Shown here: one piece after another, positions 11,354 to 24,274 of the stretch
How the letters are laid out: each line of letters starts with the position of its first letter
Numbering within the stretch: position 1 is the stretch's first letter
Assembly (NCBI RefSeq): GCF_038025025.1
Contig: NW_027117341.1
Coordinates: 496,001 to 560,000 of the forward strand
DNA: 64,000 nucleotides
Source of the DNA: Phyllosticta citribraziliensis
Taxonomy: Eukaryota
Direction of reading: 5' to 3'
Translations under genes and position numbers: made by a program
The notes under the pieces: generated by a model
What the model saw: only the letters and a program-made list of their open reading frames with translations
Databases searched by the model: none
What the model was told of the DNA's origin: nothing

Positions 11354-14023
11354 ATGATGGGTCTGCAACCGCAAGAGGAAAACAAACTGCCCGTGAGGAG
11401 CTATGGAGGTCAATTCCCGCCTACTCCCCCCGAGACAATCAATGGCGATCATTCTCCGGGTCCAGTCGACTTTCCGCTGCCCCCACCGTCCACTGCGCCA
11501 ACAGAGGTGCTCCAAGTCGACAAGAAGACGCCTGACGCACACGTCCCCCGCGACCCCAGGTTAATCCGGCTGACTGGAGTCCACCCCTTCAACGTCGAGG
11601 CACCGCTTTCTGCTTTATTTAACGAGGGATTCCTCACCAGTCCGGAGCTATTCTACGTTCGAAACCATGGTCCCGTACCGCTCGTCAGGGATGAGGAGAT
11701 CCCGGATTGGGAGTTTACCGTTGAAGGTCTAGTCCAGAATCCCTTGACCATTACCTTGAAAGAGCTCCTCACGGACTATGACAATGTTACCTATCCCATT
11801 ACGCTCGTCTGCGCGGGCAACAGGCGGAAAGAGCAAAATGTCGTCCGGAAAACAAAGGGCTTCTCCTGGGGTCCGGCCGGCGTGTCGACCGCCCTCTTCA
11901 CCGGCGTGGCAATGATGGACGTCATACGACGCGCCAGGCCGCTGCGAGGCGCAAGATATGTCTGCATGGAGGGCGCGGACAAGCTGCCCAACGGCTACTA
12001 CGGCACCTCGGTGAAGCTGAACTGGGCCATGGATCCCAACAGGGGCATCATGCTGGCGCACAAGATGAATGGCGAGACGCTGACGCCTGACCACGGCAAG
12101 CCGCTGCGAGCAGTGATTCCGGGGCAAATCGGCGGCCGCAGCGTCAAGTGGTTGAAGAAGCTGATTATCACGGCTGAGCCGAGCGACAATTGGTATCACA
12201 TTTACGACAATCGCGTGCTGCCGACGACAGTGAGCCCGGATGAGGCGGCCAATGATCCCTCGTGGTGGAAGGACGAGCGCTATGCCATTTACGACCTCAA
12301 CACCAACTCGGCTGTTGCGTATCCTGCGCACGAGGAGCAGCTCTGTTTGGTGGGAGCACCGCAAAAGTATCGCGTCCAAGGGTATGCCTATGGAGGTGGA
12401 GGGAGAAGAGTCACCCGCGTAGAAATCTCTTTGGACAAGGGCAAGAGTTGGAAGTTGGCTCACATTGACTATGCCGAGGATCGATATCGCGATGCGGGAC
12501 CAATGCAGCTTTACGGTGGGACGATCGATATGGAGTGGCGCGAGACGTGCTTTTGCTGGTGTTTTTGGGACTTGGAAATACCAGTTGAAGAGCTCAAGGA
12601 CGCAAGCGACATTGTCGTGCGGAGTATGGACGAGAGTCTGCACGTCCAGCCAAGAGACATGTACTGGAGCGTATTGGGCATGATGAACAATCCTTGGTAT
12701 CGGGTGGCCATCTCGAAAGAAGGCGACTATCTGAGATTTGAGCACCCAACACAGCCGGCGCTGATTCCAGGTGGCTGGATGGAGAGGGTCAAGAAGAAGG
12801 GAGGAGACTTGTCGAATGGGTATTGGGGTGAGAAGATTGGCGGCCAAGAGACGGAAGCTCCGCTGGTGGAGGAAGTGAAGGAGATTAAGATGACCAACGA
12901 CAAGGTCGACCGCGTCATTTCTGTCGATGAGTTGAGGAAACACGACACGGAAGAGACGCCGTGGTTTGTGGTCAATGGGGAAGTGTACGACGGCACGGGG
13001 TTCCTGAAAGGGCATCCAGGCGGCGCGCAGAGTATCATTTCTGCTGCAGGCATGGACAGTACGGATGAATTCATGGCAATACGTAAGTCACCACCATCTA
13101 TTCCCACAGCTCTCTAATGCCCTGCAGACTCGGAAACGGCAAAAGCCATGATGCCCGACTACCATATAGGATCCCTCGACGAAGCATCCAAAAAGGTGCT
13201 GGCAGACGGCGAGAGCGAGCCGAAGGAAGACTCGTCACCGCGGCCCATCTTTCTCGATCCCAAGTCCTGGCGCAAAGGCTTTCTGCACAGCAAAACGACG
13301 GTGTCGTGGGACACGCGCATCTTCACGTACAAGCTGGAGCACGAAGAACAAGCACTAGGCCTACCGACGGGGCAGCACCTGATGATACGACTACGCGACC
13401 CGGTGACGCGCGAGGCCATCATCCGCAGCTACACGCCCATCTCACAGACGACGCGGCGCGGCTTCGTCGACATTCTGATCAAGATCTACTTCAAGAACGC
13501 TGCGCAGCCGGGCGGCAAGATGACGCTGGCCATGGACTCGCTGCCGCTGGGCCACTTTGTCGACTTCAAAGGGCCCATTGGCAAATTCGAGTACCTCGGC
13601 CAGGGCCGCTGCAGCGTGAACGGCACGCCGCGCGCCGTCAAGCATCTCGTCATGATCTGCGGCGGCAGCGGCATCACGCCCATCTTCCAGGTGCTGCGCG
13701 CCGTGATGCAGGACGCGGCGGATCCGACGTCGTGCACCGTGCTCGACGGCAATCGACTAGTCGAGGACATTCTGTGCAAGGACGACCTCGACGCGTTTGC
13801 CCGCGCGAACCCGGACAGGTGCAACTTGGTGTATCTGCTTACGCAGCCGCCGGAGGGCTGGTCTGGCGTCACTGGCCGAATTGGCAAGCCGCTGCTGGAA
13901 CAGCATGTTGGTGTCAGGGAAGACGCCATGTGCCTGATTTGCGGGCCGGCGCCGATGGAGAAGAGCGTGCACAAGGGGTTGAAGGAGTTGGGCTGGAGTG
14001 ATGACGATTTGCTGTTCTTTTGA
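11354..14023 (+). CDS. niaD: Assimilatory NADPH nitrate reductase (Moco, dimerisation, cytochrome b5 and FAD/NADPH domains)
   Basis: Motifs RLTGVHPFNVE, FYVRNHGPVP, TLVCAGNRRKEQN, IGGRSVKWL, HPGG heme b5, RSYTP, GGSGITP and CGP. One 45-nt intron at 13083-13127 (AI-H-SETAKAMM). Confidence 0.97.
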
Positions 14024-14878
14024 GGGAGGGTGTGGATAGTAGCGCTGTTTCGTTTTGCATGGCGAGGCTATGGGATAGACTGATGGGTTTGCTTCACATT
14101 GTTGCGTTAGGGCAGGGCGTCTGGTGTTTGGGCCACTGGGTCCGGGTCCGTGTCCGGCTTCTTCGACTCGGTCTGCGTGTCGAGACGAGACGAGATGGGC
14201 ACGTTGAGACACGGGAATTTCTTTGCATGCACAGCGAGACGGCCATATGATGACGGCGCATCTTGTTTACCTGATCTACACGATCACCATACGTTGAACA
14301 CTGAATCTCCAATTGTGTTCCATTCATCCACGCACCCGCAGCCAGCATTCGCAACTTCTCTCATCTTTCTCACCTTCTCAGCGTCCCTCGAGCAGCTCTC
14401 ACGGCCAGAGCAAACCTTCACCCAGCTCCCCGGAGAAGGATTCCGGCGCGCCATGATCGACGGCAAGGAAGCGGGCGGTGATGCGGCACAGGGATCAAGC
14501 AGCTTATCGCGGCTCCCAATCGTGCGTTCTTTGGATTGACTCGCATGCGTCCGAGGAGATGTCACTTTTGGAACGAAGAAATAGAGGAGTGCGCGCGGAG
14601 ATGTGTGAGTTGGTGGTGTGGGCGGTGTGCTGGGAGTGTCGTTTGCTGTTTGGTGGGTGAGCGATGGGAGTGGGTGGGAGGGAGGGACTGGGTGAGGGCG
14701 TTTGCGAACTCAAGCAATCGGCATTCAGTAACTTTTGCTCAAGGCCCTCGTCTTCAAAAGTGAGAGAAAAGAAGAAGGCCATGCCCTCCTGTGCCACAGC
14801 TACCGCTTATGCCTGCGCCACAGGTCCCTGTCCCGCCCATGCGGAACCTCTTCCCTCGTGCGTGCCGATCGGATGGAG

Positions 14879-14921
14879 AGATAACGCACAGACGCCACGC
14901 GGCGGGCGACAACTCCGCGGA
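14879..14921 (+). promoter_or_regulatory. niiA upstream GATA site plus perfect NirA/NIT4 site
   Basis: AGATAA at 14879-14884. CTCCGCGGA at 14913-14921 contains both the NirA consensus CTCCGHGG and the NIT4 palindrome TCCGCGGA. Confidence 0.65.
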
Positions 14922-15799
14922 AATCTTGTCCTGCCGTCGACTCCGTCCAGTCCGTCCGTCCTGCGCCATCCTTTTCCGCCCTCGCGCGCGGAGATGCTCG
15001 ATGGCGCTGCTTTGCTGCCCAGGGCATGCGGTGACAAACGACGTTCGGCCGCCGTTGCAGACGCTGCTGTCTCACTGCTGGCGGAGAAGCCGTGTCAGAG
15101 CAGGTGTTCGCCATGCTTCGGCTCCTAGGAGAAAGCAAATACTCAGATCTCCTCTACCACTGCTGCAGCTGTGGCGCCGGAGCATCGGTTCACGGCTCCT
15201 CGGCAGCGGAGCTCCATTCGACGCTCCTCCCATCGAACGTATCCAGTCATGAACGCATCAAAGCCAATCAGCGCGGCCAGGAAAACGGACAGCGGCCAGG
15301 TACCTCCCTAGCTCCCTTGGTATGACATTTGCGCCGTTCCCGTTGGCTCATCAGCCTACCTACCCCCTGCTCCCCGCCGTCGCTGCGTTTGTCTATCTGC
15401 TCTGGCGAGTGGCGCTTCTCCGACTGCTCCCTTCTCTATTCACCTCAGGGCTTGACTCGAGGCGCTTCTCTTATCCTGCGACGACGCGGCTTTTTTGTTT
15501 GGGCTTCGTTGCTGTGCCCTTTTCTTCTCTGCTCTTCTGGCTCCGTTTACGCGCCAGTTCTTGCCATCGGCTGTTGGTGTTGTTCGCTCTTATCGCGCCG
15601 CTGTCTGACGTCGAGCTGTGATACGCCCATCCAATCGCGAACATCCGTTTCGCTCTCCGCCTTGTCATTGCACAACACTGTCGCATATCTAGGTAGCTAG
15701 CTGAGCACAGCTGCTGCTGACTGCTTTCGACGAGCGACGAACTAAACTTGGAGGTCCAAGTGTCATTCTCTGGATCTCGCATTGAAAACCTCGCTCGCA

Positions 15800-18700
15800 A
15801 TGAGCACCGGCGAGCACCAAGGCGCCGCGGCCAACGGCGTGGCTGAGACGGCGGACCAAGTCAACCAATTAAACGGCATCTCAAATGCCACCGCCAACGG
15901 CACGAGCAGGAAAAGGGTCGTTGTGGTGGGTCTAGGAATGGTAGGAATCGCTTTTGTGTGAGTAGCATCCTTCATCTCAACAGAAACGCTCACGCTGATG
16001 CCTTCGCCCCAGAGAAAAGCTCCTCAAATACGACGCCAAGCGGCGAGAGTACGACGTGACCGTCATCGGCGAAGAGCCGTATCTGGCGTACAATCGGGTG
16101 GGCCTGACGAGTTACTTCCAGCACCGTCAGATTGAGAATCTGTTTCTAAATCCGCGTGAATGGGTAAGTTGGTTGCCCCTTGACTGCGTTTTGCAGTTTG
16201 GTTTGTTGACTTTGCGGAATAGTATTCGAGCATGCCCGAGGGTGCACTTAGCTACCATGTCAACACCAGAGTGACCGAAATCCTGTACGAGCAAAAGGCC
16301 GTCAAGACTGCTTCTCGAGAGACTGTGCCGTACGATGTTCTGGTCCTGGCGACGGGCTCCGACGCGTTGCTGCCGCGCCACACCCCCGGACACGATGCCG
16401 ATGGAGTTTTTGTGTACCGCACGATTGACGACCTGCAACGGCTGATTGACTTCGCCGCTACGAGAAAAGGAACCACGGGAGCAGTGGTGGGCGGTGGCCT
16501 GCTGGGTTTGGAAGCGGCAAAAGCCATGATGGACTTGGAACAGTTTGCACAAGTAAAGCTGATCGAACGGAATCGGTGGGTGCTGTCACGGCAACTGGAC
16601 GGAGATGCAGGGGGCATGGTGGTCGAGCAGGTCAGAGCGCTGGGGCTGGACGTCCTGCTGAGCAAGAGGGTGGGCAAGATTTTGACAGACGAGAACAACG
16701 CAGTAAAGGGCGTGCAGTTCGAGGACGGCGACGAGATGGACTGCTCCTGCATCTGCTTTGCGGTAAGTCTTGCGCTGCTGCTACCTCGGACGACTGTTCT
16801 AATCTTTGCAGATTGGCATCCGCGCCCGCGACGACCTGGCTCGCAAGGCGGGCATCAAATGCGCAGATCGTGGCGGCGGAATCATCGTCTCGCCAGACTT
16901 GCAGACCTCGGCGCCAGACATTTACGCCATTGGCGAGTGCGCCAGCTGGGAAAGCCAAACCTTTGGGCTCATCGCGCCGGGCGTGGAAATGGCCGACGTT
17001 CTCGCATTCAACCTCACCCAAGCAAAAGCACACGCGGTGCGCAAGTTCAAGCGACCAGATCTTTCGACCAAGCTCAAACTGCTCGGCGTCGAAGTGGCCA
17101 GCTTTGGCGACTTTTTCGCCGATAGGGATGGTCCCAAGGAACTGCCTGCGCGGCGTGGCGGCGGCAAGAAGGAGGGCGTGATTGATTCCAAGGAGCGCGT
17201 GAAGAACCTGACTGATGGTCCGGCACCACCGCCTGTCAAGGCTCTGACGTACAAGGACCCGTTTAAGCAGGTGTATAAGAAGTACTTGTTCACTTTGGAC
17301 GGCAAGTATCTCCTCGGTGGCATGATGATTGGCGACACCAAAGACTACGTCAAGTTGGTCCCATTGGTCAAGAATCAGAAGCCCCTCGAGATACCACCGA
17401 GTGAGCTGATTGTTGGCGCCGACAAGGGAGACGACGGGGCGGATGATCTGTGAGCATTTGGCCAGTGTTGATACTTCAGGGGCTAACATTTCACAGTGCC
17501 GATGACACGCAAATCTGCTCCTGCCACAACGTGCTCAAAGGCGACGTCGTCAAGTCAGTCAAAGACGGCACCTGCAAGAGCATCGGCGACGTCAAGTCTT
17601 GCACCAAAGCTGGGACGGGTTGCGGCGGTTGCATGCCGCTCGTGCAGACCATCTTCAACAAGACCATGTCCTCGATGGGCCAGGAAGTCAAGAACCATCT
17701 CTGCCCGCACTTTGAGTACTCGCGCGCAGACCTCTTCAATATTATCTACGTCAAGAAGCTCATGAGCTTTGCCGATGTCATGCGGGCGTGTGGAAAGGAT
17801 CCCGAATCGGTTGGCTGCGAGGCCTGCAAACCCACTGTCGGATCGATATTGGCGTCGCTGTTCAACAAGCACATTATCGATGATGACCGACGGGGTCTTC
17901 AAGACACTAACGACAAGTTCCTTGCCAACATTCAGCGAAACGGCACGTTTTCTGTCGTTCCCCGTGTGGCGGGTGGCGAGATTACAGCGGAGAAACTCAT
18001 TATCATTGGCACGGTAGCCAAAAAGTATGGCCTGTACTGCAAAATTACAGGTGGTCAGAGAATCGACATGTTTGGAGCCAAGAAGCAGGACCTCATCAGC
18101 ATATGGGAGGAGCTGATTGACGGCGGCATGGAGAGTGGCCACGCCTACGCCAAGTCGTTGAGGACGGTCAAGAGCTGCGTCGGTACGACATGGTGTCGGT
18201 TCGGAATTGGCGACAGCGTGGGCATGGCCGTCAGGTTGGAAGAACGATACAAGAGCATCCGCGGGCCGCACAAGATCAAAGGAGGCGTCTCTGGCTGCGT
18301 GCGCGAGTGCGCCGAGGCACAAAACAAGGACTTTGGCCTCATCGCGACGGAAAAGGGGTTCAACATCTTCGTCGGCGGCAACGGCGGCGCCAAACCGCGA
18401 CACTCGGAGCTGCTAGCAAAAGACGTGCCGCCCGACGACGTGATTCCGATTCTCGACCGCTACCTCAGCTTCTACATCCGCACGGCCGACAAGCTGCAGC
18501 GCACGGCGCGCTGGATCGAGAACCTGCCCGGCGGCATCAAGTACCTGCGCGAGGTGGTGCTGGAGGACAAGCTGGGCATCTGCGGCGACCTGGAGAAGCA
18601 GATGGCCGATCTGGTCGCGAGCTACTTTTGCGAGTGGACCGAGGTGGTCAAGAACCCGGAGCGCCGCAAGCTGTTTGCGCAGTTCGGCAACACGGCCGAC

Positions 18701-19399
18701 ACGGTGGCGCCGCCCGTCGAGCCCATCGTCGAGCGCGGCCAGACGCGGCCGACAGCCTGGCCCAAGGACAGCGCTACGATAGATTTCCGCGGCCACCAGT
18801 GGACCGGCGGCCTCGCGTGGCAGCCCATCATCGAGGCCGCGCGCTTCCGCGACGTCGACACGGGCGACTCGCACGCCGTCAAGCGCGGCCATACGCAGCT
18901 GGCGCTGTTCAAAGTCAAGGGCCGCTACTACTGCACGCAGCAGATGTGCCCGCACAAGCGCGCCTTTGTGCTGTCCGACGGCCTCATCGGCGACGACGCC
19001 GCAACCAACAAGCTCTGGGTCTCGTGCCCGTACCACAAGCGCAACTACGAGCTCGGCGGCGAGGCCGCCGGCCGCTGCGCCAACGACGACGCTGTCAATA
19101 TTGCCACGTTCCCCGTCGAAGAGCGCGCCGATGGCTGGGTCTACGTCAAGCTGCCGCCGGTCGAGGAGCTGGATGCCCTGCTCGGTACGGAGCGCTGGCG
19201 CGTCCGCGCGGACGAGTCGACGGATCCGTATGAGGGGCTGGATCGCAAGCTGTTGGGCAAGGACAAGGTGGGCGTCAAGGGGCGGAAGCCGTTTGAGAAG
19301 AGCCATTTGCCGAATGGCATGGGCGAGCAGGCGAAGGCGAAGAGTATCTTGGCTGGTGGTGAGGCAGGATGTGGCGGCGGTGGTGGACTGGATTGGTGA
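15800..19399 (+). CDS. niiA: Assimilatory NAD(P)H nitrite reductase (FAD, BFD-like 2Fe-2S, siroheme/4Fe-4S and Rieske domains), 5 exons
   Basis: Motifs [58 protein letters not shown], and Rieske CPHK/CPYH. Introns 15958-16012, 16164-16222, 16763-16811 and 17450-17496. Confidence 0.97.
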
Positions 19400-19599
19400 G
19401 AAAAGGATTGGATTTGGCTGATGGGTTGGCGTTTTGGGGGGGGGGCTCTTCTTGTTTTTGTGAGGTGCATTGCGTGAGATGGGAGGGAAATTGTTTGTCG
19501 TTGGTAGACAGACTTGAAAGTCGAATCGACACTTTTACATTTTGGGTTGTGTTCTCAATCCACACTACTCTAGTACAAACGTTCTGAATCCACAGTCAT

Positions 19600-19990
19600 T
19601 TCGCAAAATACGTACTCCCATCTACACATGTATTTAAAGTCTCTCTCCTCCACTAATTTTAGTTAATTGACTGCTTTTAATAGGCCTAGTCAATTATTTA
19701 TTTAATCTTCTATCCTAACTACTTACGCACGCACCCCTAGGTAGATGGAGTAGTAATTAGTACGTGGATAAAATACTGATACATCATTATGGGTTGATTA
19801 TAGTGAAGGGGAGATATGAGAGTAAAAGTTCTACTTGATATAGATAAACTACGGACCAGCATGATTAAAGTCAAATGTGGCTGATGATGTGTATTGTGCG
19901 AAGTCAGCGTAGACTCAGAGTATTTGGCATTAAATATGTGGATTGAGATTTCGTCCCTAATATTTTCTTTCGGCACTCAGAAATATTTTG
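19600..19990. other. AT/TpA-rich segment, possible RIP-degraded repeat relic
   Basis: Abrupt drop in GC versus the flanks, with many TA/TAA/TAG words (e.g. CTAATTTTAGTTAATT, TAGTAATTAGTA) and no credible ORF. Confidence 0.45.
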
Positions 19991-20432
19991 CCCCTGTGCT
20001 TGCCCCTCTACTAGGAATCTCTTTGCAATACTTTTCGGGACTCTCAAGAACCCTAAGGAGCAAAGGAGGGTGACTGGTTGGTCTTTTTTCCTGGAAATGT
20101 GACGAGGTGCCTGCAACCCGGCTTCCGAATGGGGTTTTGGTTCGTCTCTTGGTTGCGAAACCGACTGGATTTACTGCCGAGAGTCAGGAATCAATTTGAA
20201 AGTGTGTTCATGAGCTGCGTCCACCGAACATGTCTGGCTTTGCCGAGTCTTCCCCTGTTTTGACTTTACTCGCAAAACCCCCTGACAAGGGCAGTAAGAG
20301 ATTTTTTCCCCCAATCTCTGGAATGTAAGTCAACTGTGGATCGGAGCAAGCAATTCATAAGAAATTTACTCAGTTGCAACCTCAACAATCAAGCGCAGCT
20401 GCTCCCAAGCAGCTTCTGCCCCAGATTTCACC

Positions 20433-20531
20433 GGTGAGGTGGCCGAGTTGGTTATGGCGCCAGGTTAAGGTTACCTTAATATCTGATTCCTGGTGGGGCA
20501 ACCCGCGCGAGTTCGAGTCTCGTCCTCATCA
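20433..20531 (+). tRNA. tRNA-Leu(AAG) with 17-nt intron
   Basis: Acceptor stem GGTGAGG/CCTCATC plus discriminator A. D-arm TGGCCGAGTTGGTTATGGC. Anticodon stem CCAGG/CCTGG with AAG at 20467-20469. Intron 20471-20487 contains CCTTAA complementary to the anticodon loop. Long variable arm GGGGCAACCC. T-loop GTTCGAGTC. Confidence 0.95.
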
Positions 20532-21710
20532 ACATGATCTTTTGCCCTCGGGGCAGTTGTTTTGCGTGGTTGTGTCGAGAGGTGATGGTGTTGAAATTTC
20601 AGATGGACCCTGGGCCCGTGCACGGCGCCACGCGGGCTAGCCGAGGCGGCCCGAGCGGGACCGGCAGGGTCCCTCGCGCCCGGAGCCTTGGGCTTCCCTG
20701 CCTGGCAGGTGTCAACCACGTACTTTAACGTCACCTCGCCCGCGTCAGCATCTCCTCTCCCGACACCCACTCAGTCGAATCCTTTTGCCCGACCAGCCTC
20801 ATTGCCCAAGCGACCCTCCTTCGGCGGCGGACGTGACGAGACTGCCGCCAGCGAATCTTCTCAGGCACATCACGACAACGGCATTACGCCAACGAGGACT
20901 GCGCAGCATCTCTCTACTCAGACATACCTTTTACCCGATGTCCTGAACCTCAATTACCCCGCAAGTTCGACTTCTGGATGGCATGTCCGATGCCCAGACT
21001 AGATCGCCGGCTGTCGCCCAACCGGCCTCGCAAAACACGACATGCAGTCACCGTTGCCAATCTCAACGCAAAGCCGATGGCTCTATCCTACGAACATGAA
21101 GGCGATGCGAGGCAACTGGCATTAAAATGGAGCGAGCAATAAACAGGCCAAAGGTCTGCCTGGCTTTGTGACACTCCCCTTTTGTGCTTGGACTTACTCC
21201 GGCGTGATGTTGGCGACATTATCCCAACACATCATGGCCACCGCAAGACGGCTAGCGAGACGCTGGCCCATTGAGCGGTTGGAGTATTGCAGAACAATTT
21301 CCAAGGCCTGGATGTATTCCCGCTTTTTCCGCCCAGCCAGCGTTCGATTTTTCGGTCGCGGATCGACAGGCAGTCATGGACGAACGAGAAAAGCCCACCA
21401 AACGCGCGCGATCATACGGACGTTTTTAGAACGACGGCCTTCATGTTCACCGGACATGCGATGAGAAAAGCTTGTTCCATCGGAGCAGGACGCAACATTG
21501 CGTGAAGATTATGCTATTCAACTCTTGATCCTGTGAAGTCATAATTTCGTCTCGACGTTTCATACTTCCAACTCTTTCCCAGAACTGTAACGTTGATGCG
21601 TCACGGCCCCAGGAATACCTCGACACCGCTTCAAAGATGTGTCAACACCTCAGCACCCTGCTCAGAAACGACCGAGATGGTGCATAAACCTTGGCATTCT
21701 CTCCGCGTTT

Positions 21711-21953
21711 TCAACAGACAACCCCATAAAATGTGGTAAGTTCATGGGGTTCGTTGTCTGGGAAGTTCCAATGATCAGCAACACCTTCAGAGGATTTCAG
21801 CGAGAGCTTGTTGCCTTGACGATTCGCTTGACGCTGAAGGTGTAAAGATGCCGAGGCCAGAATACCAGTGGTAATCAGACCAAGGATTGAGACCACCAAC
21901 TCGGCAATATTGATTGCATCGTCAGTCGAGAGCGAGCGAGGAACAGGAGCCAT
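21711..21953 (-). CDS. Small orphan protein with one N-terminal hydrophobic helix
   Basis: MAPVPRSLSTDDAINIAELVVSILGLITTGILASASL..., 80 aa. No other support. Confidence 0.35.
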   Translation of the reverse strand: MAPVPRSLSTDDAINIAELVVSILGLITTGILASASLHLQRQANRQGNKLSLKSSEGVADHWNFPDNEPHELTTFYGVVC

Positions 21954-24274
21954 GTGTACGGAACTGTCGTCGCCAGAAAAAGTTAGTCTGAGAGCAAATA
22001 GACCACTCGGCATGCCACTGAATCAACCAGACTCCAGACTCTAGACTCTAATGCCCTGGTTCGTACAAACGCACAGGAAATTGACATACCAGATTTGAGT
22101 CACGCTCGTGGAGTAATGTTTTCGATAGGTTCGATGCCCGCTTGCGCTTCCGGGGGTCTGCCACTCCTCTCCTGTCCGAGGAAATCGGTGAGATTCGGCT
22201 TGATATTTATCCCAAGAACCAAAATTTCAGACACCTGTAGCGGGTAGGGCGAAAGCCACATGGAGACAGGCTGCGTTACCAAGTCTTGCCGCGGCCGAAG
22301 CAGACGGAGCAGTGGCAAGCAAGGTGTGAACAGCACCCAGTTCGATTACTGTGCGACGGTAATTACGTTCTGCTCGAGGCGCAGTCCGTTACAAGAATTC
22401 GCTTAAAACTCATCATCTGCACGGAGTGCGCTGGCCTGGGCTCAACGTCCGTCCCAGCTGTAGTGCGCGTTTTCTCCTATTGGATCCACCTTTCAATCGC
22501 AATGGCGTTGTCTACCTGTCTCGTCAGCAGTATCCAAGCATCTGACCAATGATAAATGCGGCTGAAGGTCGCCCGAAACTTCCTTTCTCGCTTCTCTCCA
22601 ACTCCGAGTGGCTCCGGCGGGATCCAACACTCAGAGTGAAGGAGAAGCTTCTCGAAGGCAGGAACTGAATCCATGCACAGCTGGCTACTCTGCACTGCAA
22701 GTGAAGCCAAGTCGCGAAGAATCTTGGCTATGGCGCGAACTCTGGCAATTGTCAGATAACACTGCATTTGCGGAACTTCAAGTCAACAGGTGTAAGTAAA
22801 AGCGCTCTCCATTTCAGCGGCCTGTTCAAAACATGCAGGAAAGCCGAAGCATTTGCAGAGCCTCATCCGAGTCCGAGCGAAGCAACGAAGCGATTCGACA
22901 CGCCAAGATGGCACGGGAATTTTGCTCACGGGCTTCTTTGCTCAGCACTTTACCTGTCCAGCTGAAGATTGCAACAATCTCTAAGGTGCTTAAATGATTG
23001 TTGCCTGGGTTTGCCACGCTGACGTTGTTGCGAAGGAAGCAGGGTTATGTATTAGCGAACAAGAAAAATCCAGGCCTGACTTATCAGAAGCCGCATAATC
23101 TGGTCAGAAGGAGAGTACGTGTATAAGCACCAGCGCCACAGAGCCACTCCCCGGTGCTCACTCTCCGGGCCGAGCCCGCACCGACGCCGTATCACTCAGC
23201 ACAGCGACAGAGTAGCGAAACCGAGGCTCTGTCATCTCACAAACAGAAGAGATGCGAGAGAATACACACGTCCGCTTTGTTTCGCTCTCGCATTTGGAAC
23301 GGGGTTATGCAGAGTATTCGCCACAGCCTTGTGTGGCTTGATGGCACCATATGGACGACCATTTTTGTGACCAGAGGAGACAGGCGGCTCAAATCATGTT
23401 GGATTGACGGAAGGCCCCTCGATGGCTGTTGAATCCGACTCCTCCTGAATCCCCTTCTTGTCGGCAGGCTTGCATCTTGCGTGCCGCTCTTGATTGCAGC
23501 CCTTTTCTACCTGGAAGATTATCACTCGGGTCAGAGAATTCCACTGTTTTCGCTGAATGTCCAGAAACATCCAGGGCCAGCTCATTTCGAAGTCATCTTG
23601 GGCTTTGGGACATGGAATTGCGCCCCAGAGAATTCGCTTGAACGCCATTTTCAAAAGCGTCGCTGGGACATGCTACAACAGCTTCGAAAATTTGGGCGGC
23701 AGGGAGATTGATTCTCGCTCTCAAGAATTTTGACCGCCCTTCAACGTCAATACTTGCACCAAAGTCTCTGGACGTGGGAAGTTGCAAAACTATTGCCTGA
23801 TTGGGTATCTTGCTGGGCCTAAACTACTCACTACACCTTTTGCTGAACCTCTAACTCGCGCAGATACCAGTCGCTTGTTGACATGCAGTTTGTGGACTGG
23901 CTGAATGTGTTGATGGCATAAAGAAGACCGACAAACCGTCAGATGCTAGACCTAAGGCCAGCGCGACGAATGACAAAGAAAAGGAAAGGCGGCGAGGAAA
24001 TAAGCTGGCGAACAAACAGGCAATGCAAGTGGAGAAGAGACGGAGGAGAACATAGACAAAGAAACCACCCAAATAGATCTCGCTGATTGCCCGCTGCGGT
24101 GGTTCCCAGCGCATCATTCATGCTCCCGTGGTTGTAAGCCTGGAAGTGGTAAGTCGCCAATCCCGCTTTCCTCCACCTTCGTCGACGCTTCAAGAATCTT
24201 TGGCAACTGAAGGCATCTTCATGTGCTTCCGGTGAGATGAACACGAAGTGCCAAGGAAATCACTCCATTTGAAA

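Noticed and set aside
18190..19306. Long overlapping ORFs within niiA (and similarly within niaD, the pseudokinase and the NCS1 gene)
   Set aside because: Alternative-frame and antisense shadows caused by high GC3, with no domain features.
22600..23790. Short protein-like fragments in several frames
   Set aside because: No coherent ORF, splice model or family motif.
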